Shown here: piece after piece, positions 1 to 15,180 of the stretch
Numbering within the stretch: position 1 is the stretch's first letter
How the letters are laid out: the number at the start of each line of letters is the position of its first letter
Origin: Eledone cirrhosa
Lineage: Eukaryota
Direction: 5' to 3'
DNA: 64,000 bases
Assembly (NCBI GenBank): GCA_964016885.1
Contig: OZ024766.1
Span: 19,158,001 to 19,222,000 of the forward strand
Notes under the pieces: generated by a model
The model's database searches: none
What the model was told of the DNA's origin: nothing
What the model saw: only the letters and a program-made list of their open reading frames with translations
Program-made: the position numbers and the translations under genes

Positions 1-19
1 CACCGGGGTAGATACATTG

Positions 20-690
20 GTCGCAAAGCCAAGTGTCACAACAGTATATAGAAACATTACATACCGGTCACCGAATCCATGGCCACCGGGCTAGTTAACT
101 GTCACAAAGTCAGGGGTCACAATTGTATACAGAAACGTTACATATCGATCCCCGATTTAACGTAGCTACAAAGTCAGGGGTCACAACTGTATAGAGAGCC
201 ACTACATACCGGTCCCCCAATTAATAGCCACCAGGCTCAGCCGGCTGTCATAAAGTCAGGGCTCACAACTGTAAAGAGAGCCACTACATACCGGTCCCCG
301 AATTAATAGCCACCGGGCTCAGCCGGCTGTCATAAAGTCAGGGCTCACAACTGTATATAGAACGACTGCATACCGGTCCCCGAATTCGTAGCCATCATGC
401 TCGATAAGGTGGTTACAAAGTCAGTGCTCAGAATTGTATATAGAAACACTACAAGCCGGTCCCCGATTTAATGATCAAAATGCTAGATAGCATGGCTTTA
501 AAAAAACAACAGAGGTTAAATACGTACAGAAGTAGTCACTACATACCGGTCCCCGAATTCGTGGCCACCATGCTCGATAAGGTGGTCACAAAGTCAGTGC
601 TCAGAATTGTATAGAGAACCACTACAAACCGGTCCCCGAATTCGTGACACCCGTGCAAAACAGCTCGTTCACAGAGTCAGAGTCTAAGTC
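20..690. repeat. Diverged ~82-bp tandem repeat (about 8 units), moderately GC-rich
   Basis: The motif ACTACATACCGGTCCCCGAATT...CACAAAGTCAGGG recurs about every 82-90 bp (cores near 208, 290, 372, 455, 545, 628). Units are clearly diverged. Confidence 0.8.
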
Positions 691-726
691 ATGCCTCTGT
701 GTCCGTGGGGGATGTGTAAGATAGCT

Positions 727-1850
727 ATATGACCACTTTACAGAGTGGACTGGGTGCTATTTGTCGTGTCACCTACATGACCACTTTACAGTGTGGACTG
801 GGTGCTATTTGTTGTGACACCTACATGACCACTTTACAGAGTGGACTGGGTGCTATTTGTCACGACACCTACATGACCACTTTACAGAGTGGACTGGGTG
901 CTTTTTGTCGTGGCACCTACATGACCACTTTACAGTGTGGACTGGGTACTTTTTGTTGTGACACCTACATGACCACTTTACAGTGTGGACTGGGTGCTGT
1001 TTGTCGTGACACCTACATGACCACTTTACAGAGTGGACTGGGTGCTTTTTGTCGTGACACCTACATGACCACTTTACAGTGTGGACTGGGTACTTTTTGT
1101 TGTGACACCTACATGACCACTTTACAGTGTGGACTGGGTGCTGTTTGTCGTGACACCTACATGACCACTTTACAGTGTGGACTGGGTGCTTTTTGTTGTG
1201 ACACCTACATGACCACTTTACAGAGTGGACTGGGTACTTTTTGTTGTGACACCTACATGACCACTTTACAGTGTGGACTGGGTACTTTTTGTTGTGACAC
1301 CTACATGACCACTTTACAGTGTGGACTGGGTACTATTTGTTGTGACACCTACATGACCACTTTACAGTGTGGACTGGGTACTTTTTGTTGTGACACCTAC
1401 ATGACCACTTTACAGTGTGGACTGGGTGCTATTTGTTGTGACACCTACATGACCACTTTACAGAGTGGACTGGGTGCTATTTGTCATGACACCTACATGA
1501 CCACTTTACAGTGTGGACTGGGTACTCTTTGTTGTGACACCTACATGACCACTTTACAGGGTGGACTGGGTACTTTTTGTTGTGACACCTACATGACCAC
1601 TTTACAGTGTGGACTGGGTACTCTTTGTTGTGACACCTACATGACCACTTTACAGGGTGGACTGGGTGCTTTTTGTCGTGACACCTACATGACCACTTTA
1701 CAGTGTGGACTGGGTACTATTTGTTGTGACACCTACATGACCACTTTACAGTGTGGACTGGGTACTTTTTGTTGTGACACCTACATGACCACTTTACAGT
1801 GTGGACTGGGTACCTTTTGTTGTGACACCTACATGACCATTCTACAATAT
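727..1850. repeat. 48-bp tandem array (~23 units) related to the internal unit of SINE family 1
   Basis: Unit ACCTACATGACCACTTTACAGTGTGGACTGGGTGCTTTTTGTTGTGAC. It gives the spurious 16-aa periodic ORF (MTTLQCGLGAFCCDTY)n. The same unit family occurs at 4326, 16450, 33685, 49185 and 57330. Confidence 0.9.
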
Positions 1851-1877
1851 GGCCTAGGGGCTTGTTGTCGTGACACG

Positions 1878-2085
1878 AGGGTACATGGCTCAAGACATGA
1901 AGGAAGAGTAAGGCTTGTGGAATTCTGTGATGCAAATGAACTAACTATTCAGGGAACCAACCAGCCATATGATCACGAGTCTAATGAAACCAGCCAGCCA
2001 TCTCAACACACACCTATAAGTCTAATGAAAACACAAGTCAGATTGCCTTCTTACTGGTTAGAAAATAGGACAGACATTAGAAATA
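1878..2085 (+). mobile_element. Degenerate fragment of an RTE-clade LINE AP-endonuclease
   Basis: Translates to HGSRHEGRVRLVEFCDANELTI and, after a disruption, TYKSNENTSQIAFLLVRK. These resemble the LINE endonuclease motifs G.RN.EG.RLLEFC.ANEL.I and TYKS....SQIDFILVR. Confidence 0.65.
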
Positions 2086-2089
2086 CTAA

Positions 2090-3879
2090 CCGTTTAGCAT
2101 TTAAACCAGCCAGAATTCTCTCACTTTTCTCTGTCCAAACCAGCAGCTCATACTTATGTTAAGGTATTTTTTTCTCAAAATAAATAATATCAAAATCTCA
2201 TATTCAATATTATGTGAGATAAAACTTTTACTATACGATAGTAAATATACAGTAAACATCATCATCATCATTATACGTCCGCTCTTCCCTGCTTGCAAGG
2301 GTGTGATGGGTCCTATTCAGCACAGCATCTCTCCACCCATCATGGTCCTTTGTCGTCGTCATCTTTGTGAGATCTGCTCTGACCACCTCTGCCCATGTTT
2401 TTCGTGGTCTACCTCTACTGCGTCTTCCCTCCACTGGGACTTCCTGGCACTTCTTTACCCAGCACATCACATGTCCATACCACCTCAGTCTTCTCTCCCA
2501 CACACCACAACTTATCCCTCTTATACCCAGTTTCTCTCTCAACACATCACATGTCCATACCACCTCAGTCTTCTCTCTCAACACATCACATGTCCATACC
2601 ATCTCAGTCTTCTCTCCCACACACCACAACTTATCCCTCTTATACCCAGTTTCTCTCTCAACTCATCACATGTCCATACCACCTCAGTCTTCTCTCCCAC
2701 ACACAATAACTTATCCCTCTTATACACAGTTTCTCTCTCAACACATCACATGTCCATACCATCTCAGTCTTCTCTCCCACACACTACAACTTATCCCTCT
2801 TATACACAGTTTCTCTCTCAACACATCACATGTCCATACCAACACAGTTTTCTCTCCCACACACCACAACTTATCCCTCTTATACCCAGTTTCTCTCTCA
2901 CCACATCACATGTCCATACCACCTCAGCCTTCTCTCCCACACACCACAACTTATCCCTCTTATACACAGTTTCTCTCTCACCACATCACATGTCCATACC
3001 ACCTCAGCCTTCTCTCCCACACACCACAACTTATCCCTCTTATACACAGTTTCTCTCTCACCACATCACATGTCCATACCATCTCAGTCTTCTCTCCCAC
3101 ACACCACAACTTATCCCTCTTATACCTAGTTTCTCTCTCAACACATCACATGTCCATACCACCTCAGTCTTCTCTCCCACACACTACAACTTATCCCTCT
3201 TATACCCAGTTTCTCTCTCAACACATCACATGTCCATACCATCTGTCTTCACTCCCACACACCACAACTTGTCCCTCTTATACACAGTTTCTCTCCCAAC
3301 ACATCACATGTCCATACCACCTCAGTCTTCTCTCCCACACACCACAACTTATCCCTCATACACAGTTTCTCTCTCAACACATTACATGTCCATACCATCT
3401 CAGTCTTCTCTCCCACACACTACAACTTATCCCTCTTATACCCAGTTTCTCTCTCAACACATCACATGTCCATACCATCTCAGTCTTCTCTCCCACACAC
3501 CACAACTTATCCCTCTTATACACAGTTTCTCTCTCAACACATTACATGTCCATACCATCTCAGTCTTCTCTCCCACACACTACAACTTATCCCTCTTATA
3601 CACAGTTTCTCTCTCAACTCATCACATGTCCATACCATCTCAGTCTTCTCTCCCACACACCACAACTTATCCCTCTTATACACAGTTTCTCTCTCAACAC
3701 ATCACGTGTCCATACCATCTCAGTCTTCTCTCCCACACATTATATGAGGTAAAGCCTTTACTGTGAAAATACAATAGTATATATAGAGTAATGTAAATGT
3801 TATGTGATGTATTATGTGAGGTAAAGCCTTTACCGTGAAAATACAATAGTATATATTGAGTAATGTAAATGCTAAAGGG
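2090..3879. mobile_element. TTAA-type (piggyBac-like) MITE family A, interrupted by an RTE 3' insertion
   Basis: Left end CTAA|CCGTTTAGCATTTA (2086-2103) and right end TAAATGCTAAAGGG|TTAA (3866-3883) form a 14-bp TIR. The body matches 23742-23870, 49757-49910 and 56760-56887. It holds only ~2-3 of the 72-bp units. Confidence 0.75.
2257..3740 (-). mobile_element. RTE LINE 3' end with (GAT)n tail and an internal 80-bp tandem expansion (~16 units)
   Basis: Minus-strand translation RRLRWYGHVMCWVKKCQEVPVEGRRSRGRPRKTWAEVVRADL is the typical RTE ORF C-terminus. The (CAT)n tail is at 2257-2273. The 80-bp unit covers the LREKLGIRGISCGVWERRLRWYGHVM segment. Confidence 0.85.
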
Positions 3880-4045
3880 TTAAATCTTTCTCTCCGCTAA
3901 AATATCAGAGTTTTGGGGATATTTCAAAAAGGCCATCTTGATAGAGGAGTGCGTGGGGGTGTTGTCTATTAACAGTCACAAAAGGTGTGCCCAGCAGTGA
4001 TGGGCTCTTTGCTAGTAGTTAAATTTATGATATATGGTTACTTAC

Positions 4046-4089
4046 TTAGGGGACCAGCCTTTCCATTTGACATAATACTCCACTTTGCC
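4046..4089 (-). CDS. Pc: Polycomb-type chromobox protein, coding exon 2 (44 nt)
   Basis: cttattttcAG|GGC AAA GTG GAG TAT TAT GTC AAA TGG AAA GGC TGG TCC CCT AA|GTAAGT = GKVEYYVKWKGWSP(K), the chromodomain core. Phase 0 matches exon 1. Confidence 0.93.
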
Positions 4090-4216
4090 CTGAAAATAAG
4101 AAATATATATATATTAAACATCCAGTGGAGTTAAGAAACATGGAGAACTTTTGAATATACATTATATATATATTATTCAAAATATTAATAAATGAAGACT
4201 TTCACAATCAAAATAT

Positions 4217-4737
4217 ATCATCATCATCATTTTACGTCCGCTTTTCCCTGCTTGCAAGGGTGGGACGGGAACCGATTCTAGCTTTGATTTCTACAGCTGG
4301 ATGCCCTTCCTAACACCAACCTCATTTACAGTGAGTGCTGGGTGCTTTTTTGCCGTGGCACCTCCACGACCACTTTACAGTGAGTACTGGCTGCTTTTTT
4401 GCCGTGGCACCTCCACGACCACTTTGCAGTGAGTGCTGGGTGCTTTTTTGCCGTGGCACCTCCACGACCACTTTGCAGTGAGTGCTGGGTGCTTTTTTGC
4501 CGTGGCACCTCCACGACCACTTTACAGTGAGTGCTGGGTGCTTTTTTGCCGTGGCACCTCCACGACCACTTTACAGTGTGGGCTGGGTGCTTCTTTGCCG
4601 TGGCACCTCCACGACCACTTTACAGTGAGTGCTGGGTGCTTTTTTGCCGTGGCACTTTACAACCACTTTACAGTAGAATGATAGGGACCCCAGTCCCTAT
4701 CATCTCATTTCTACAGCTGAGTAAACTGGAGCAATGA
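4217..4737 (-). mobile_element. 5'-truncated SINE family 1 copy with ~7 internal 49-bp units
   Basis: (CAT)n tail plus TTTTACGTCCGCTTTTCCCTGCTTGCAAGGGTGGGACGGG 3' end, then 49-bp units, then the ATGATAGGGAC-CCCA-GTCCCTATCAT hairpin and SINE core. Colinear with 57217-57808. Confidence 0.85.
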
Positions 4738-4810
4738 TGCTAGCATGGGTTGGGCGTTTTAGTCCCAATTGAGGCTAGATTGGTGAGGGGACTGTGTCTC
4801 ACTCGTACAG

Positions 4811-4858
<48 letters not shown>

Positions 4859-4999
4859 AAATGAAGTATTTCCGTCGGAAAGGTACAGGAAAACAGAGTG
4901 CTCTATGTAGGCTACAGAGCTTATGTAATATCAACTGTTCCCCTCATATATATATAAGAGGGGGGTACATAGGTGAGGTGAAGGAAGAGGGAGTGAGAG

Positions 5000-5520
5000 A
5001 GACAAAGTAACAAATATAGAGAGGAGGGAGCTCAGCAACTGAGTAACAAATATAGAGAGGAGGGAGCTCAGCAACTGAGTAATAAATATAGAGAGAGGGG
5101 GAGAGATCTGTGACAGAGTAAGAAATATAGAGAGGGGGAGAGATCTCAGTGACAGAGTAGAGAGGGGGAGAGATCTCAGTGACAGAGTAGAGAGGGGGAG
5201 AGATCTCAGTGACAGAGTAATATATATAGAGAGAGGGGGAGAGATCTCAGTGACAGAGTAATATATATAGAGAGAGGGGGAGAGATCTCAGTGACAGAGT
5301 AATATATATAGAGAGAGGGGGAGAGATCTCAGTGACAGTAATAAATAGAGAGAGGGGGAGAGATCTGTGACAGAGTAATAAATATAGAGAGAGGGGGGAG
5401 AGATCTCAGTGACAGAGTAATAAATATAGAGAGAGGGGGAGAGATCTGTGACAGAGTAATAAATATAGAGAGAGGGGGGAGAGATCTCAGTGACAGAGTA
5501 ATAAATATAGAGAGAGGGGT
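5000..5520. repeat. Purine-rich ~30-46-bp minisatellite (GAGAGGGGGAGAGATCTCAGTGACAGAGTAATATATATA)
   Basis: Direct tandem repetition is visible. Confidence 0.85.
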
Positions 5521-5579
5521 ACAATACAGAAATTCTATGAAAGAACTCTAAAGAAATTATGATGGAAGGGTATAACGCG

Positions 5580-5866
5580 AGTATATATATTATACGTTGG
5601 TGTGTATATATATATATATATATATGTGTGTATATATATATATATAGGTGTGTATATATATATATATATGTGTGTGTGTATATGTGTGTATGCATGTGTA
5701 TATATATATATATGTGTGTGTATGCATGTATATATATATATATGTGTGTGTGTATATATGTGTATGCATGTGTATATATATATATATATATATGTGTATA
5801 TATATATGTGTGTATATATGTGTATGCATGTGTATATATATATATATATGTGTGTGTGTATGCATG

Positions 5867-5899
<33 letters not shown>

Positions 5900-6344
5900 A
5901 TGCATGTATATATATATATATATGTGTGTGTGTATATATGTGTATGCATGTGTATATATATATATATATATGTGTATATATGTGTATATATATATGTGTG
6001 TATATATGTGTATGCATGTGTATATATATATATATATATGTGTATATATGTGTATGCATGTGTATATATATATATATATATATATATGTGTGCGTATATA
6101 TGTGTATGCATGTGTATATATGTGTGTGTGTGTGTGTGTGTGTGAGTATATAAATATGTGTGTGTATATATGTGTATATGTGTGTGAGTATATAAATGTG
6201 TGTGTGTGTATATGTGTATGCATGTGTATATATGTGTGTATATATATATATATATATGTATGTATGTGTATATATGTATGTGCGCGTGTGTATGTGTGTT
6301 TGTGTGCATGTGTGTGTATATATATATATATAGGTATGTGTATG

Positions 6345-6382
<38 letters not shown>

Positions 6383-6744
6383 GTTTTCCCACGGAATTAA
6401 AAACCGCGAATATTAGATGTGGTCCATTAAAATGCCTATAAACATCAAAATATAATGAAAGAAATATAAAAAAAGAGCGTCTTATGCGAAGGGGGCGCCC
6501 AATAGACCGGCAAATACGGTATATTGTTAATAATATACACATATATATATATATATACACATATATATATATACACACACACATATATATATATATATGT
6601 GTGTATATATGATTCCGCGAATTTTGGGAGGTTTCCGCGATTAATTATTTAATAATAATAAATACCGCGAATAACCACAACTGCGGTTATTCGCGGAATT
6701 TATATTTATGTATATATTCACATATATATATATATATATGCACA

Positions 6745-6780
<36 letters not shown>

Positions 6781-6784
6781 TATT

Positions 6785-6820
<36 letters not shown>

Positions 6821-6883
6821 TGTATATATATATGCGTGTGACTGTGTAAGCATTTCTAGATATACAAATACATAATTACACAT

Positions 6884-6916
<33 letters not shown>

Positions 6917-7091
6917 CATTTATATATATATACATCGTTGAGTCGGTAGGAGTTCAGTCGTAGGCGTCCCGAATCCTTTATATATACATCGCTCTCTCTC
7001 TTTCCGTGTGTATATATATATATATATATACACTATATATATACACACACACCCTTCTCTGCATATATATATACACACATACACTTCTCTC

Positions 7092-7148
<57 letters not shown>

Positions 7149-7160
7149 CCTTCTCTCTGC

Positions 7161-7201
<41 letters not shown>

Positions 7202-7397
7202 CACACCCTTCTCTCTGCATATATACTGTATATATATATATATATATACATATATACACACATCCTTCTCGCTGCATATATATATATCTACATACATACA
7301 CACACACACACACACATACATCGTGCATATATACACACACATATATATATATATACACACACACATACATCGTACATATATACACACACACACACCG

Positions 7398-7430
<33 letters not shown>

Positions 7431-7495
7431 CGTACATATATACACACACACACACACCGTACATATACACACACACACACACACCGTACATATAT

Positions 7496-7564
<69 letters not shown>

Positions 7565-7751
7565 ATTTAATATAGAAATGGCTTCTACAGGACTAGAACT
7601 GTTTCATTCGAAAGAAATCATCAGATTTACCCCAGATTGAAACCGGGATACACAAACACACATATATATATGTATATATATATATATACACATATATATA
7701 TATATATATATACACATATATATAGAACACGCGTATTTAAATAGACACAAA

Positions 7752-7789
<38 letters not shown>

Positions 7790-8242
7790 CATACATACAT
7801 ATAGAGGCACACACAAATACACGCCCCCATACATACACACACGCTATCATGTTTATATACATGTATATATATATATGTATATATATGTATGTATACACAC
7901 ACAATCACATGTAAATATATATATATATATATATATATATTCACACATGCATACAGAAATATATATATATATATATGTGTGTGTGTGGGTGTATATAGAA
8001 ATATATAGATATATGTGTGTATATTTATATAAAGATATGTGTATGTATATATATATATGTGTGGGTGTGTATATATTTATATATAAAGATATGTGTATGT
8101 ATATTTTTATTTATATATACGAGTGTGTGGGTGTATATAGAAATATATAGATTTATGAGTGTATATTTATATAAAGATATGTGTATGTATATATATATAT
8201 ATATAAAAATAAATATATACTTGTGTATATATGTGTGTATAT

Positions 8243-8273
<31 letters not shown>

Positions 8274-8418
8274 CACACATATATACACAAGTATATATAT
8301 ATATATAGGGGCTCATACATATATAAATTAAACAGATTTATACATACACGTACATATATATATATACATACAGAAATATATACTAACACTATACATATTA
8401 GAGTTACGTGTGTATATG

Positions 8419-8461
<43 letters not shown>

Positions 8462-8679
8462 ATATATATATGTGTGTGTGTGTATATATATGTGTGTGTG
8501 TATATATATGTGTGTGTGTGTATATATGTGTGTGTGTGTATATATATATATGTGTGTGTGTGTGTGTATATATATATATGTGTGTGTGTAACGTAATTAA
8601 GCATAACAAGGGAAATATCGTTTAAAGAATATATACCTAACACGCACCTGCTTTAAATATATACGCGTGTGTGTATATG

Positions 8680-8710
<31 letters not shown>

Positions 8711-9179
8711 GTATTTACATACACACACATATATATATATATACATACATACATACACATAATTATATATATACATACACATATATATATATTTATATAT
8801 ACATACACACATTTATATATACATACATATATTTATATATACATACATATATTTATATATACATACACACATATATATACATACATACACACATATATAT
8901 ACATACATACATACATACATACATACACATACATACACATATATATACATACATACACACATATATATACATACATACATACATACATACACATATATAT
9001 ATACATACATACATACACACATATATACATACACACATACATACACATATATACATACACACATACATACACATATATACATACACACATATATATATAT
9101 ACGTATATATTACTATATATACATTTAAACACGTATATATACAAATAATATAAATACACCTCAAATATTAGAACTACTA

Positions 9180-9216
<37 letters not shown>

Positions 9217-9828
9217 CAAAGTAACTATTTTAATGTATTATATACACATGTCTATATACATAAATATATATATATACACACGCACCTTATATAAAACGCT
9301 GATGATATATATATATATATACATACATCTATCTTTTGATATATGCATATATATTTATATAAATATACACAATTATACACATATATATACATAAAAAATA
9401 AACACGCATATCTATATATAAACATATACACACATCTATATCTATATATTTCTATATACACCCCTACACATATATATATACATAAAAATATACATACACC
9501 TATCTTTATATAAATATATACACATATCTATATACACCCACACATATATATATATAAATAAAAATATACATACACATATCTTTATATAAATATATACACA
9601 CATCTATATATTTCTATATACACCCACACACATATATATATATATATATATACACACATCTCTATATATATATATATACACACATCTCTATATATTTCTA
9701 TATACACACACACACATATATATATATATTTATACACACATCCCTCTATATAAATACACACACCTCTACACATAAATATATGTATATTATACACACTATA
9801 TCCATCTAAATAAATATATATAAAATTG

Positions 9829-9885
<57 letters not shown>

Positions 9886-9988
9886 GCACACATCTATCTA
9901 TATATATATATAAATAAATAAATAAATACAGACATCTATACATATATAAATATATATATATATACACATATATAAATATACACACATA

Positions 9989-10023
<35 letters not shown>

Positions 10024-10206
10024 CATACACAAATATAGGTATATACAATCTCTACATATATACATATACACACAACACTCTCCCTTTCTCTCTATATATA
10101 CACACACCTCTCTCTGCATATTTGTATCTATATACATACATACACACACGATCTCTACCTCTGTATATTTATATATACACCTCTCTCTCTCTATATATAT
10201 ATACAC

Positions 10207-10237
<31 letters not shown>

Positions 10238-10287
10238 CATCTCTACATATATACACACTTTTCTCTCTCTATATATATATACACACA

Positions 10288-10319
<32 letters not shown>

Positions 10320-10398
10320 CATCTCTACATATACACACCTCCCTCTCTCTCTATATATATATATATATACATACATCTCTACATATATACACACCTCC

Positions 10399-10445
<47 letters not shown>

Positions 10446-10532
10446 GCTACATATATACAGCTCTACATATACACACCTCTCTCTCTCTATATATATATAT
10501 ATACATACATCTCTACATATATACACACCTCC

Positions 10533-10565
<33 letters not shown>

Positions 10566-10650
10566 CATCGCTACATATATACATCTCTACATATACACAC
10601 CTCTCTCTCTCTATATATATATATACATCTCTACATATATACACACCTCC

Positions 10651-10681
<31 letters not shown>

Positions 10682-10905
10682 CATCTCTATACACACACAT
10701 CTCTACACACACACTATCACTATCGCTTCTATAAACTCTCTCTCTATATATATACACACATCTCTACATATATATACACCTCTCTCTCTCTATATATATA
10801 TATACACCTCTCTCTCTCTCTATATATATATATACACACATCTCTACATATATATACACCTCTCTCTCTCTATATATATATATACATCTCTACATATATA
10901 CACAC

Positions 10906-10938
<33 letters not shown>

Positions 10939-10947
10939 CACATCTCT

Positions 10948-10980
<33 letters not shown>

Positions 10981-11909
10981 CACACCTCTCTCTCTCTATA
11001 TATATATATTTACACACATCTCTACACACACATATATATATACACACATATATATACACACCTCTCTCTCTATATATATATATATATACATCTCTACACA
11101 CACACATCTCTACATACACATACATACATATATATATATACACCTCTCTACACATATATATATATATATATATATACACCTCTCTCTCTCTATATATATA
11201 TTTACACACATCTCTACACACACATATATATATACACACATATATATATACACACATATATATACACACCTCTCTCTCTCTATATATATATACATCTCTA
11301 CATACATATATATATATATATATACACATCTCTACACACACACATATATATATATATACACACCTCTCTCTCTATATATATATATTTACACACATCTCTA
11401 CACACACGTATATATATATATACACACATATATATACACACCTCTCTCTCTCCCTATATATATACATCTCTACACACACACATCTCTACATACACATACA
11501 TATATATATATATATATACACATCTCTACACACACATATATATATATATATATATACACACCTCTCTCTCTATATATATATATATATTTACACACATCTC
11601 TACACACACATATATATATACACACATATATATACACACCTCTCTCTCTCCCTATATATATACATCTCTACACACACACATCTCTACATACACATATATA
11701 TATATATATATATACACATCTCTACACACACACATATATATATATATACACACCTCTCTCTCTCTATATATATATATTTACACACATCTCTACACACACG
11801 TATATATATATATACACACATATATATACACACCTCTCTCTCTCCCTATATATATACATCTCTACACACACACATCTCTACATACACATATATATATATA
11901 CACATCTCT

Positions 11910-11942
<33 letters not shown>

Positions 11943-12261
11943 CACCTCTCTCTCTATATATATATATTTACACACATCTCTACACACACATATATATATA
12001 CACACATATATATATACACACCTCTCTCTCTATATATATATATACATCTCTACACACACACATCTCTACATACACATATATATATATATACACACCTCTC
12101 TCTCTATATATATATATATATTTACACACATCTCTACACACACGTATATATATATATACACACACATATATATACACACCTCTCTCTCTCCCTATATATA
12201 TACATCTCTACACACACACATCTCTACACACACATACATATATATATATATACACATCTCT

Positions 12262-12303
<42 letters not shown>

Positions 12304-12450
12304 CTCTCTCTCTATATATATATATATTTACACACATCTCTACACACCTCTCTCTCTATATATATATATACATCTCTACACACACACATCTCTACACACA
12401 CATACACATATATATATATATATATATATACACATCTCTACACACACACT
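5580..12450. repeat. Large compound microsatellite region (TA/CA/TG/CT dinucleotides) in Pc intron 1, with short unique islands
   Basis: Near-continuous (TA)n, (CA)n and (CT)n tracts. All overlapping YI/HT/CV ORFs are artefacts. Confidence 0.95.
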
Positions 12451-12486
12451 ACCACTATCACTTCTATAAAGCCCAACTCCACCTAC

Positions 12487-12555
12487 CTTACGAATACGTC
12501 GTTTCTGGATACATTCTGCTGCAAACACTCTGTCCCCCATATTCGGAAGTTCCAT
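12487..12555 (-). CDS. Pc: Polycomb-type chromobox protein (CBX2/4/6/7/8 family), coding exon 1 (69 nt)
   Basis: ATG at 12555 gives MELPNMGDRVFAAECIQKRRIRK|GTAGGT. This matches the Pc/CBX N-terminus (MEL..vGe.VFA.E.I.KkR.RK) with its conserved phase-0 intron and splices to 4089. Later exons were not found in the window and are presumed off the left edge. Confidence 0.93.
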
Positions 12556-12769
12556 TTGTAAAGAGGACCGTTGGTCCTTAAAAACAACGGAAGACAGGGT
12601 ACTCGGGTAGCTATCTTGTCTACCCGACTTAATTCGCAAACACTCTACCTCTCTCCCTACATACGCTTACTCTTTCTCCCCTCTCTATGCCTTACTCTCG
12701 TTTTCTATTATCTCCCCTTGCTTTAGAGCTCTTCTTTTTTTTATTTTTTGACTATTTTTCTCTCGCCTC

Positions 12770-14830
12770 CTCTCTATATAATACATACGTTCTCTTACTA
12801 ACACTCTTTTTCTCTCTATATGATATTGTATACTCTCCTCCCACTCTCTATATAACACATACGTTCTCTTACCGTCACTCATTTTCTCTCTATATAATAC
12901 TGTATACTCTCCTCCCACTCTCTATATAATAAATACGTTCTCTTACTAACACTCTTTTTCTCTCTATATAATACTGTATACTCTCCTCCTGCTCTCTATA
13001 TAATACATACGTTCTCTTACTAACACTCTTTTTCTCTCTATATAATACATACGTTCTCTTACCAACACTCTTTTTCTCTCTATATGATATTGTATACTCT
13101 CCTCCCGCTCTCTATATAATACATACGTTCTCTTACCGTCACACATTTTCTCTCTATATAATACTCTATACTCTCTTCCCCCTCTCTATATAATACATAC
13201 GTTCTCTTACTAACACTCTTTTTCTCTCTATATAATACTGTATACTCTCCTCCCGCTCTCTATATAATACATACGTTCTCTTACTAACACTCTTTTTCTC
13301 TCTATATAATACATATGTTCTCTTACCAACACTCTTTTTCTCTCTATATGATATTGTATACTCTCCTCCCGCTCTCTATATAATACATACGTTCTCTTAC
13401 CGTCACACATTTTCTCTCTATATAATACTCTATACTCTCTTCCCCCTCTCTATATAATACATACGTTCTCTTACTAACACTCTTTTTCTCTCTATATAAT
13501 ACTGTATACTCTCCTCCCGCTCTCTATATAATACATACGTTCTCTTACTAACACTCTTTTTCTCTCTATATAATACTGTATACTCTCCTCCTGCTCTCTA
13601 TATAATACATACGTTCTCTTACTAACACTCTTTTTCTCTCTATATAATACATACGTTCTCTTACCAACACTCTTTTTCTCTCTATATGATATTGTATACT
13701 CTCCTCCCGCTCTCTATATAATACATACGTTCTCTTACCGTCACACATTTTCTCTCTATATAATACTCTATACTCTCTTCCCCCTCTCTATATAATACAT
13801 ACGTTCTCTTACTAACACTCTTTTTCTCTCTATATAATACTGTATACTCTCCTCCCGCTCTCTATATAATACATACGTTCTCTTACTAACACTCTTTTTC
13901 TCTCTATATAATACTGTATACTCTCCTCCCGCTCTCTATATAATACATACGTTCTCTTACTAACACTCTTTTTCTCTCTATATAATACATACGTTCTCTT
14001 ACCGTCACTCTTTTTCTCTCTATATAAAGCTCTATACTCTTCTCCCCCTCTCTATATAATACATACGTTCTCTTACCGTCACTCATTTTCTCTCTATATA
14101 ATACCGTATACTCTCCTCCCGCTCTCTATATAATTACGTTCTCTTACCAACACTCTTTTTCTCTCTATATAATACTGTATACTCTCCTCGCGCTCTCTAT
14201 ATAATACATACGTTCTCTTACTAACACTCTTTTTCTCTCTATATAATACATACGTTCTCTTACCAACACTCTTTTTCTCTCTATATAAAGATTTATACTC
14301 TCCTCCCCCTCTCTATACGTTCTCTTACCGTCACTCTTTTTCTCTCTATATGATATTCTATACTCTCCACCCCCTCTCTATATAATACATACGTTCTCTT
14401 ACCGTCACTCATTTTCTCTCTATATAATACTGTATACACTCCTCCCCTTCTCTATATAATATAAAACGTTCTCTTACCAACACTCATTTTCTCTCTATAT
14501 AATATTGTATACTCTCCTCCCCCCTCTCTATATAATACATACGTCCTCTTACCAACACTCTTTTTCTCTCTATATAATATTGTATACTCTCCTCCCCCTC
14601 CCTATATAATACATACGTCCTCTTACCAACACTCTTTTTCTCTCTATATAATATTGTATACTCTCCTTCCCCCTCTCTATATAATACATACGTCCTCTTA
14701 CTAACACTCTTTTTCTCCCTATATGATATTGTATACTATTCTACCCCTCTCTGTATAATACATACGTTCTCTTACCAACACTCCTTTTCTCTCTATATAA
14801 TACTGTATACACTCCTCCCCCTTTGTATAT
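12770..14830. repeat. Pyrimidine-rich minisatellite (~30- and ~44-bp subunits) with 264/338-bp higher-order repeats
   Basis: Subunits TCTCTATATAATACATACGTTCTCTTACTAACACTCTTTT and CTCTATATAATACTGTATACTCTCCTCCCG. Near-identical spurious ORFs at 12964, 13228, 13566 and 13904 show the higher-order period. Confidence 0.9.
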
Positions 14831-15180
14831 AATACTGTATTCTCTCCTTCATTTAATTACTCTTTCCATTATCTCCCCTAGTTTTAGCCCTCTCTTCTTT
14901 GTTTACTATTTTTTCTCTCCCCCTCTCTATATAATATACTCATTCTCTCACTATCACTATTTTTCTCTATATATATTACTTCATATTCTTTCCTCCTTCT
15001 CTTTCTCTCGCTTTTATGATTTACTACTCTCTCTGTAATCTTGTCTTTCTCTTCCTATTATCTCCCCTTGTTTTATTCCTCTTCTCTTTTACTATTTCTT
15101 TATTTTCCTCTCTATGTAATACATTTATTCTCTCACTATCACTTTCTCTCTACTCTCTATATATGATACTGTATCTCTAA

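Noticed and set aside
729-2162. 477-aa Cys-rich repetitive ORF (MTTLQCGLGAFCCDTY)n
   Set aside because: It is a 48-bp SINE-derived tandem unit that happens to lack stops in one frame. The same unit occurs frameshifted and in both orientations elsewhere.
5288-12450. Numerous YI/HT/CV-rich ORFs, including the 819-aa ORF at 10122
   Set aside because: They are dinucleotide microsatellite translations.
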